The position numbers and the translations under genes were made by a program. The notes beneath the pieces are model-generated. The model was not told where the DNA came from. It made no database searches and saw nothing but the letters and a program-made list of their open reading frames with translations. A stretch of 38,108 bases of DNA from the IMG/VR virus record IMGVR_UViG_3300033984_000165, positions 1 to 38,108 of that record. One strand, given 5' to 3'. This stretch comes from a virus. Its lineage: Duplodnaviria > Caudoviricetes. This document shows, in pieces, positions 27,604 through 34,736 of the stretch; within the stretch, counting starts at the first letter, position 1; every line of letters starts with the position of its first letter.

Positions 27604-27705
27604 TATATTTACACAGTTATTAGTGCTTTTCTTTCTTTTCTTTCGGTGCTAACTACTTTTGATTCTTTTTTTTAAACCTACTGATTAATTTCGGTAGGTT
27701 TTTTT
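27604..27705 (+). ncRNA. Candidate small RNA 2 (promoter-like TATATTTAC, pyrimidine-loop hairpin, terminator)
   Basis: TATATTTACACAGTT; loop TTTTCTTTCTTTTCTTTC; terminator at 27674-27705. Confidence 0.45.
27674..27705 (+). terminator. Intrinsic terminator after terL
   Basis: AAACCTACTGA-TTAATT-TCGGTAGGTTT followed by a T run. Confidence 0.85.
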
Positions 27706-27775
27706 ATTTATTGATGTTATTATATATTCACATTCTAAACTACTTATGTTAGATTTTAGATTTAGAGTAGAGGTG

Positions 27776-27969
27776 ATGTAAGACAAGTTATCCCCCTTCC
27801 CCCTTGTAGAGAGATAACCTATTTTACACCACCAGATTATTTAAACTACTTCCGTTGAGTTTTGAGTTTGTCGTATCGGCTGTAGGATGACACAAGTTGT
27901 CGAAAGTCATTACCTACATTTAAGATGATTTAGACCTTCCTTTAGAGTTGGTTGAGTATTGTCTTACAT
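27776..27969 (-). ncRNA. Candidate structured non-coding RNA
   Basis: 11-bp closing inverted repeat, two internal hairpins (one needs G-U pairs available only on the minus strand), degenerate direct repeats, no convincing ORF. Confidence 0.55.
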
Positions 27970-28000
27970 ACTATGACTCTTTTTGTTTGGGATAGGTATA

Positions 28001-28119
28001 AAAAGAAAAAACCTCTAAAGATACCAGCTTAAGAGGTTTTTTTATAATAAAGGTTGTTTAAGGACAACAAATATACTAAAAGAATCGTCAGATGCTGGTA
28101 TCATCTGATAACAAATATA
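28001..28119 (-). promoter_or_regulatory. Second promoter plus kissing-loop attenuator-like leader; its terminator can also end the portal transcript
   Basis: TATATTTG at 28119-28112 and 28075-28068; hairpin 28108-28088; terminator 28042-28001; GATACCAGC and GCTGGTATC are complementary. Confidence 0.7.
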
Positions 28120-28126
28120 TGTATAA

Positions 28127-29356
28127 TTATTTAATTCCTTTCTTTAATCCAAGAAATAATTTTTTCTCCTCATCACTTAGAGTGATTCCTAATTCTCCTT
28201 GTATTTTGATTAAAGCATTTGCTCTGTAATCTATAGATTGACTTTCTTGAAGTATATCATTCTGTAGAACTGGTAAATGAGTATAATCAGCAACTAATCT
28301 CAACCCTTCTTTGTCTAATCCTAATTGTTCAGTAATGTTGTTATAAATTCTTTCAGCTTCTGGAATGATAGTAGAAGTGTAACATAATCTCTCACCATAA
28401 TTCACGTTAGAGTAAGTCGAACCACTTTCATTAGAGAAAATATAGTAGTTAAGACCAAAAGCGTCTATAATAGCAAGTTTATCAGCTTTAAGTTCATCAA
28501 ACAACATTAAATCCTTAGTAGGATAAGACATTGGCGTCCATTTAACGTCGTTTTCAGAAATAATAATCTCGTCTTTACTTCTATTATACCAATCTTTACG
28601 TATTTGTTCTTTTTCTTCTGGACTCATTGGTAAAGCACCACCTAAATCAGAGTTTGAGGCAGATAAGATACCAATAGCACCAATATTCTCTAAAAGTATG
28701 TTACGTTTATTGTATTGTGCCTTAATATTAGATAACGGAAACTTTAAAGATTCAATTCTTGATACAGAATCTAAAATATTAACACCATCCGTAGTTTGAA
28801 TAATAACTACTTCTTCATTTAATAATGTTTCTGGTTTATCACCTTCATAGTTATAAGTGTAATCTTTTATAAGACCACCTTTATCCATTTGTTTTAAAGT
28901 TCTTCCAGAAGTATTGATTTGAACCTTATGTCTAGCAAGTGGAACAAATAAATTAACTATTCCAAAACTTCTTCTTGGTGCATAACATAAAGCAGTTGAA
29001 AATAAACTATCATTTACAGATATAGAATACATAACATCCTGCCAAGTTTGCATTGGATTAGGATTCTTAATTAAATCAAGCACCCAATGTTTTTCTACTT
29101 CCGTTCCATCCTCTTTTACAAGTCTTGGTCTGCCTTGTGAAAGCATTTGAGCCTTCTTATCAACCACAGTTCTAAGTTCTGGTATTTCAACGTATGCTTG
29201 AAATGGTTTTTCGGTATTCATCCAAATTGGAACTTTCTTACCATAGAAGTCATGTTGATATGCTCTATTTGTATCTAATAGGGTATTTATTTCCCTAAGT
29301 TGATTATTATTTATAGGTGTTCCAAAAAAAGCGTTCCAAAAAGAAGGGTTACTCAT
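28127..29356 (-). CDS. Portal protein (HK97-like), inverted relative to all other genes
   Basis: LIKNPNPMQTW, GAIGILS, WTPMSYPTKDLMLFDE, TYSNV and YTSTIIPEAERI; ATG 29356 preferred. Confidence 0.92.
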   Translation of the reverse strand: MSNPSFWNAFFGTPINNNQLREINTLLDTNRAYQHDFYGKKVPIWMNTEKPFQAYVEIPELRTVVDKKAQMLSQGRPRLVKEDGTEVEKHWVLDLIKNPNPMQTWQDVMYSISVNDSLFSTALCYAPRRSFGIVNLFVPLARHKVQINTSGRTLKQMDKGGLIKDYTYNYEGDKPETLLNEEVVIIQTTDGVNILDSVSRIESLKFPLSNIKAQYNKRNILLENIGAIGILSASNSDLGGALPMSPEEKEQIRKDWYNRSKDEIIISENDVKWTPMSYPTKDLMLFDELKADKLAIIDAFGLNYYIFSNESGSTYSNVNYGERLCYTSTIIPEAERIYNNITEQLGLDKEGLRLVADYTHLPVLQNDILQESQSIDYRANALIKIQGELGITLSDEEKKLFLGLKKGIK

Positions 29357-29367
29357 AATAATTTTTT

Positions 29368-29388
29368 TACATTTGTACAACAAATTTA
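29368..29388. promoter_or_regulatory. Face-to-face bidirectional promoter core
   Basis: TACATTTG on + (29368-29375) and TAAATTTG on - (29388-29381), 5 bp apart, in a 39-bp gap. Confidence 0.7.
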
Positions 29389-29395
29389 AGTAAAT

Positions 29396-30160
29396 ATGAA
29401 TAATAAACTTAATTCTACCTATAAAATTAAATCACATTCTTTAGAAATTAAGGATGTTGATGCAAAATCACGTAAGGTAGCAATGTATTTAGCACATTTT
29501 GGGAATATTGATTCCGACCAAGATATGATTGTAAAAGGCGCTTTTTCTAAATCTTTACAAGAAAGAGGTTGTGATTCTTCTTCAAATAGAAAAATTGCTT
29601 TCCTAAGACACCATGATTGGAAAATGCAAATAGGAAAGTTCGTTGAACTTAAGGAAGACGAAAACGGATTATATGCTGTAGGTGAACTTGGAAGTTCTAC
29701 TTTAGGTAATGATGCTTTATGCGATTATCAAGATGGAATTATCCGCGAGCATTCTATTGGTTTTAAATATCTAGCTGATAAGATTAAGTGGATTGAAGAC
29801 GAAACCAAAGATGGTGGTGGATATTACTTAGTTTCAGAGGTAGCACTTTGGGAAGGTTCAGCTGTTACTTTTGGTGCTAACGAAATGACTCCAGTATTAG
29901 AAGTTGGTAAATCAGAAGAAAAAACTAAGATTATCACTACTATTACAAAAGAGATGGACACTATCGTTAAAGCGTTAGGAAATGGAAGTCGTACTGATGA
30001 TAGTTTATATTCGCTTGAAATGAGACACAAGTTTTTAACTGCACAACTTTCTGAAATTGCAAGTATGAATATCGAAGCAATGGATGTTAAAAAAATAATT
30101 GAACCTACAGAAGAAGAAAAATCTTTTGATTGGAGTAAAGTTGTAACTAATATTAAATAA
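29396..30160 (+). CDS. HK97-family prohead protease
   Basis: FGNIDSDQDMIVKGAF, FLRHHDW, EDENGL, EHSIGF and LWEGSAVTFGAN. Confidence 0.95.
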   Translation: MNNKLNSTYKIKSHSLEIKDVDAKSRKVAMYLAHFGNIDSDQDMIVKGAFSKSLQERGCDSSSNRKIAFLRHHDWKMQIGKFVELKEDENGLYAVGELGSSTLGNDALCDYQDGIIREHSIGFKYLADKIKWIEDETKDGGGYYLVSEVALWEGSAVTFGANEMTPVLEVGKSEEKTKIITTITKEMDTIVKALGNGSRTDDSLYSLEMRHKFLTAQLSEIASMNIEAMDVKKIIEPTEEEKSFDWSKVVTNIK

Positions 30161-30162
30161 TC

Positions 30163-30354
30163 ATGGAAAAAGTAAAACGCACTACTAAAGAAGCAAAAGT
30201 TGTTGTAAACAATAAGTTTGAAAAACACGAATTAGTAAAGTTTTCATTTAATAATAAAGCACCATATCATCATGAAGGTGTGATTGAAGTTATTTCTGGT
30301 GAACACGCAAATATTTTTTTAGATCAAGGTTATGGGGTTGTTTGTAACGATTAG
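30163..30354 (+). CDS. Small head-module protein
   Basis: 63 aa between the protease and the connector. Confidence 0.6.
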   Translation: MEKVKRTTKEAKVVVNNKFEKHELVKFSFNNKAPYHHEGVIEVISGEHANIFLDQGYGVVCND

Positions 30355-30835
30355 TGATTTTACTGGTAAGTTCGCACTTTCTACTGGAATGTATGCGAAT
30401 ACTAATATCCAGTCTTATATTGACAGATACGAGGATATATATTTAAGTGAATTGTTAGGTATAAAACTTTACAATCAATTTATAGCAGACTTGAATGTTA
30501 GTAACGTACCAGTAACAGCAAAGTTTACTAAGATATTTAATCCTTTTAAGGAAGAAATGGATATTAGGCTTATTATCTCCAAAGGAATGAAAGATATGCT
30601 CTTAGGATTCATCTATTTTGAATACATGAAGGATTCTATTACGCAAACTACACCTATAGGAGTTGTTAAACAGTCTACTGAAAATTCTACACCTATTTCT
30701 GCGCACACACCTATATACTTACGTTACAATGAATCTGTGAAGACTTATCGTGCTATTCAAGATTATATAATGCAAACATTAGGTACTTATCCAGACTTTA
30801 GAGGGTACATGAAACAATATGCTTATTGGATATGA
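30332..30835 (+). CDS. Putative head-tail adaptor/connector
   Basis: IQSYIDRYEDIYLSELLGIKLY; size and position fit. Confidence 0.65.
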   Translation: MGLFVTISDFTGKFALSTGMYANTNIQSYIDRYEDIYLSELLGIKLYNQFIADLNVSNVPVTAKFTKIFNPFKEEMDIRLIISKGMKDMLLGFIYFEYMKDSITQTTPIGVVKQSTENSTPISAHTPIYLRYNESVKTYRAIQDYIMQTLGTYPDFRGYMKQYAYWI

Positions 30836-31509
30836 GAGATATTAGTGTTTTATTTGAAGAAATAGTAGATAATATTGATACTTCGATTGAGGTTAAGTCT
30901 TATTCTAATAAAAGATTTTATACTTGTAATACCAAATGGATTCGTGCAGGTAAAATTATTTTTGGTAAAACTTCTAGTAATACGGAGGTTTCTTCCGTTG
31001 TTACCTCTGTAGTAAAGGACACGTACTTTGAAATAGAAAGTGCTACACTCGTGAAATCGGTGCGTTGTCCGTTACCATTTGCAATTACTGGAACTAAGTT
31101 AGCTACTAATATAGAGTTTACTAAAAAAGACAACAATCTATTAAATAAAACTCCTTTAGTTTGGTTGCTTGAAAATCATAGTGAAAAACTTTATGGTATA
31201 GATTCTTCTTTAGAAAGAGATATGGAAATGACTATATTATTTCTTGATGAAACAGATGTATTGAACTATTATACTAAAGACCATAGACTTCAAGTATCTG
31301 AACCAATGATTGCTTTAGAGGAAGAATTTGAAAAAGTAATTAATAATTTTGCACTTTATAGACGATTAATTAGTTTTAATAGAAAAGTTTTTAGTAGATT
31401 TGGTACTGAAACAGAAAATGGTATGTATAAAAACATACTTGATGCTAATTTAAGTGGTATTATTATTACCTATTCTGTATCAAAATATAAAGATGCTTGT
31501 AAATGTTAG
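30826..31509 (+). CDS. Putative neck/tail completion protein
   Basis: 227 aa in the morphogenesis module. Confidence 0.5.
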   Translation: MDMRDISVLFEEIVDNIDTSIEVKSYSNKRFYTCNTKWIRAGKIIFGKTSSNTEVSSVVTSVVKDTYFEIESATLVKSVRCPLPFAITGTKLATNIEFTKKDNNLLNKTPLVWLLENHSEKLYGIDSSLERDMEMTILFLDETDVLNYYTKDHRLQVSEPMIALEEEFEKVINNFALYRRLISFNRKVFSRFGTETENGMYKNILDANLSGIIITYSVSKYKDACKC

Positions 31510-31606
31510 TTTGAAGCGTTAGAGCCGAGATAATCACTCTACAAAACGAAAACCCAACGTAGCGTAGAATGAATTATTGTAAACTTTAACCCAAAAACAA
31601 ACAAAA

Positions 31607-32818
31607 ATGGAAATGACTCCAGAACAAGTAATTGAGAAAGTAAACTCAATTGTTGCTGAAAAAACAGCAAATTCCGTTTCTAAAACAGACTTAGAAGCGT
31701 TGAAAAATCAATTAACAGACTTAGAAGGTAAATCTGACAACTCCGAAGTTAAATCTGCAATTGCAAAATTGGAAGGTTTAGTAGAAGGAATGAAAGAAGA
31801 AAAAACTTCAAAAAATGTTACTTTGAAATCTATCGGACAAGCTATCGCTGATGCTTACTCTGATTCTATCGACAAAATCAAAGACATCGCTGAAAAAGGT
31901 GGTTTGATGAACCTTGATGTGAAAGCAGTAGGTACAATGTCAATCACGAACAACTACTCTGGTGGTACAGTTGCTTTATCGCAATTAGAAGCTGGTGTTA
32001 CTCGTATTGCACGTAGAATGCCTTTCTTACGTCAATTAGTTAATGCTTCTGGTACTACTTCTAAGTATATCACTTACATTCAGTCTAGTGGACAAGAAGG
32101 TGGTGCTGATATGACAGCAGAGGGTGCATTAAAATCACAAGCTGACTTCAATGTAGTTGAAACTTCTGTAGCAGTTAAGAAAGTTACTGCATGGATTAAA
32201 GTTTCTAAAGAAATGATTGCTGATTTACCATTCATGCGTAATGAGATTAACAATGAGTTGATGGAAATCGTTGAATTGAAATTAGATTCTCAAATTCTTT
32301 CTGGTGATGGTGCTGGAGATAACTTAACTGGTATCTTACAAAATGCTGTTGCTTGGGCGGCTGGTAACTTTGCTTTAGCTTATGTTTTACCTAATGAGTT
32401 TGATGTATTATCTGTAGCAATCGCACAAATCCAAACTGGATTGTTTAATGCTAACTATATTGTTCTTCACCCAGAGGATGCAGTTAAAATGCAATTGAAC
32501 AAAACAAGTACTGGTGAATATACTTATGCTATGCAATATGTTGATGCTAACGGAGTTACTAGAGTTAAAGGTATTCCAGTTATCGAAAACGTTGGTATGA
32601 CAGCTGGTACTTTCTTAGTTGGTGACTTTACTAAATCTAACTTACGTATTAGAGAGGATTTAAATATCCAAGTTGGTTATGTAAATGATGACTTCACTAA
32701 AAACTTAATGACAATATTGTGTGAAGCACGTGCGGTTCATTATGTGAAATCTAATCACTACAATGCTTTTGTTAAAGGAACTTTCTCTACTGCAAAAACT
32801 GCATTATTAAAACCTTAA
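31607..32818 (+). CDS. Major capsid protein, HK97 fold
   Basis: N-terminal coiled-coil delta domain; AEGALKSQAD, VSKEMIAD, QILSGDG and FLVGDF. Confidence 0.95.
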   Translation: MEMTPEQVIEKVNSIVAEKTANSVSKTDLEALKNQLTDLEGKSDNSEVKSAIAKLEGLVEGMKEEKTSKNVTLKSIGQAIADAYSDSIDKIKDIAEKGGLMNLDVKAVGTMSITNNYSGGTVALSQLEAGVTRIARRMPFLRQLVNASGTTSKYITYIQSSGQEGGADMTAEGALKSQADFNVVETSVAVKKVTAWIKVSKEMIADLPFMRNEINNELMEIVELKLDSQILSGDGAGDNLTGILQNAVAWAAGNFALAYVLPNEFDVLSVAIAQIQTGLFNANYIVLHPEDAVKMQLNKTSTGEYTYAMQYVDANGVTRVKGIPVIENVGMTAGTFLVGDFTKSNLRIREDLNIQVGYVNDDFTKNLMTILCEARAVHYVKSNHYNAFVKGTFSTAKTALLKP

Positions 32819-32825
32819 TTTGAAT

Positions 32826-32851
32826 GGGGAGGGTAACTCCCCTTCTTTTTT
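32826..32851 (+). terminator. Intrinsic terminator after the capsid gene
   Basis: GGGGAG-GGTAA-CTCCCC-TTCTTTTTT. Confidence 0.75.
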
Positions 32852-32874
32852 CTAACCTTTAAAACAATAAAAAT

Positions 32875-33783
32875 ATGTCATTAGGATGTAAATGTGATTC
32901 TGGATTATCAAATACTGGTAAACCAAACTGTGTAACGATTCAATCCGTTACTTCAAAACTTATCTTAGTTCCATTGAAAGATTCAACTGGTACTAAAAAC
33001 TCTTTAGATTTAACAGCTACTTTTACTGAATCTACTTTTACAGCTTTAGCTAATCAAGTAGATTCTTCTAAAAGATGGTTTCCACTTCCACAATTTGAAA
33101 ACGTTGAGTTAGCTAAAGCTGATTCTACTTTTGAGGAAGCTCCATCTGGACGTAAAGTATTTATCAAACAAGGTAAACGTTCTTTTGCAGGTCAATTATG
33201 GAATGAAACACCACAATTATTAGGTAAAATTCAAGACAATCGTTGTGTTGATTTTGGTGTTTATATCGTTGACGTTAACGGAAACTTAGTTGGTTCTAAA
33301 GTTGGTGATAAATTATACCCAATTCCAGTAGATAATGAGTCTTTTGAAGCAAAATTAATGTTTGCTACAGATGCGGCTACTCAAAAAATCATGGTAGGAT
33401 TTGACTTCTACAGATTGTTTGATGAGTCTACAATGTGGTTATTAACTCCAAACGATACAACTGACTTGTATGACTTCAATAACCTTGAAGGTTTATTAGA
33501 TGTAAATGTTGCTATTTCTGGTATTACAGCTACTGGTGCAGTTGCTACTTTAACATTGGATTATGGTACGGCTAAAAACCCAATTAAAGTTAAAGGATTA
33601 GTTGCTACTGACTTCTTGTTGTATAACACTACGACAAGTACAACTGTAACTAAAACTGTTACTGAAACAGCGGATGGTGTATATGCTTTTGTTTATACAA
33701 CAATTACTGGTTCAACAGACGTAATTAAATTATCTTTAGCGAAAAATGGTTATGTAGGTTATAAAACTTATATTGACGCTTAA
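32875..33783 (+). CDS. Putative major tail (tube) protein
   Basis: 302 aa right after the capsid gene, capsid-like codon style, T-rich C-terminal extension. Confidence 0.7.
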   Translation: MSLGCKCDSGLSNTGKPNCVTIQSVTSKLILVPLKDSTGTKNSLDLTATFTESTFTALANQVDSSKRWFPLPQFENVELAKADSTFEEAPSGRKVFIKQGKRSFAGQLWNETPQLLGKIQDNRCVDFGVYIVDVNGNLVGSKVGDKLYPIPVDNESFEAKLMFATDAATQKIMVGFDFYRLFDESTMWLLTPNDTTDLYDFNNLEGLLDVNVAISGITATGAVATLTLDYGTAKNPIKVKGLVATDFLLYNTTTSTTVTKTVTETADGVYAFVYTTITGSTDVIKLSLAKNGYVGYKTYIDA

Positions 33784-33806
33784 TCTATAAATTGATTATT
33801 TAAGGA

Positions 33807-33838
33807 AGGGGTACATTAATTTGTACCTCTTTTTTTTT
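33807..33838 (+). terminator. Intrinsic terminator, overlapped by a TACCTTTG -7 element at 33838-33845
   Basis: AGGGGTACA-TTAATT-TGTACCTCT followed by T8. Confidence 0.8.
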
Positions 33839-33849
33839 ACCTTTGAATT

Positions 33850-34320
33850 ATGAAAGACCTTTTTGCTAAAACTGACTTAGGTAAAAAACTAAAACAATTT
33901 AAACTACTGAAACAAATTGATGCTTGGTTTTATTCATTCGACAAGGAAGTTCAAGAATATGTAATTGAATATTTGATTCAGAAGCACCAGTTAATTGATT
34001 TAGGAGTAAATGCTAAAGGAAATGTAATCGGTAGGTATTCACAACTTACAGAACAAATTAATCCTGCAAAAAGAGCAGGAAGTCATTACACATTATTTGA
34101 TACTGGAGAGTTTTTTAATTCTATGTTCATAAAAGTAATGGACGATGGATTTATAGTCGATGCAGATGCAGATAAAACCAACTTTTTAGGCACTACAAAC
34201 TTATTTGAGCAATACGGCAATGATATTGTAGGTTTGACAGAAGAAAGTATGACAGCGTTAAAGAATGAAATAAAAATAAGAATGATTAAGTATGCAAGAA
34301 AGACATTATCAATCGATTGA
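33850..34320 (+). CDS. Putative tail/neck morphogenesis protein
   Basis: TLFDTGEFFNSM resembles the LxDTGxxxxS motif of virion morphogenesis proteins. Confidence 0.6.
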   Translation: MKDLFAKTDLGKKLKQFKLLKQIDAWFYSFDKEVQEYVIEYLIQKHQLIDLGVNAKGNVIGRYSQLTEQINPAKRAGSHYTLFDTGEFFNSMFIKVMDDGFIVDADADKTNFLGTTNLFEQYGNDIVGLTEESMTALKNEIKIRMIKYARKTLSID

Positions 34321-34735
34321 AGAAATACCATTGTTTAATTGGCAAAAGTGCCTTGAGGGCGATGTAAAGTACGTTAATTTACAAACTAAAGAGGATTCTG
34401 GAAATCAAGAAGCATTTAATAAGTTATACGACTCTTTTTTACAGAAGCGTGGTGTAAACAAAGAATATAAGAAGTATTTGGATATTCTAAAGAAGAAAGC
34501 AATGCTTCAATGTGAGTTTTTAATCACAAAAGACAATTTCAAGCTAACACAAATAGAAATAGAAGATGCTAAAATTGTATCTTTACAAAAGACTTCGGAA
34601 GAAGGGTTAAGTATTGATAAGACGTTGATATACTTAGGAAAATGGTTAGGTTATAGATTAGATTGGAAAATTATCTCTGTATCAGAGTTTTATTCGATAC
34701 TAGAAGAATACGAAAAACAAAGTAATATTAGTTGA
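34292..34735 (+). CDS. Putative tail assembly chaperone
   Basis: Immediately upstream of the tape measure gene. Confidence 0.5.
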   Translation: MQERHYQSIEEIPLFNWQKCLEGDVKYVNLQTKEDSGNQEAFNKLYDSFLQKRGVNKEYKKYLDILKKKAMLQCEFLITKDNFKLTQIEIEDAKIVSLQKTSEEGLSIDKTLIYLGKWLGYRLDWKIISVSEFYSILEEYEKQSNIS

Positions 34736-34736
34736 T

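Noticed and set aside
27881-27918. Hammerhead ribozyme (GATGA...CGAAA)
   Set aside because: The core reads AGGAUGA instead of CUGANGA and stem II closure does not fit.
27596-29395. Recombinase-driven invertible segment carrying the portal
   Set aside because: No matching inverted repeats seen at the two junctions and no recombinase gene; dedicated promoter and terminator signals suggest a fixed arrangement.
34292-34736. Programmed frameshift in the tail chaperone
   Set aside because: A single ORF ends right at the tape measure start; I could not identify a second frame or a convincing slippery site.
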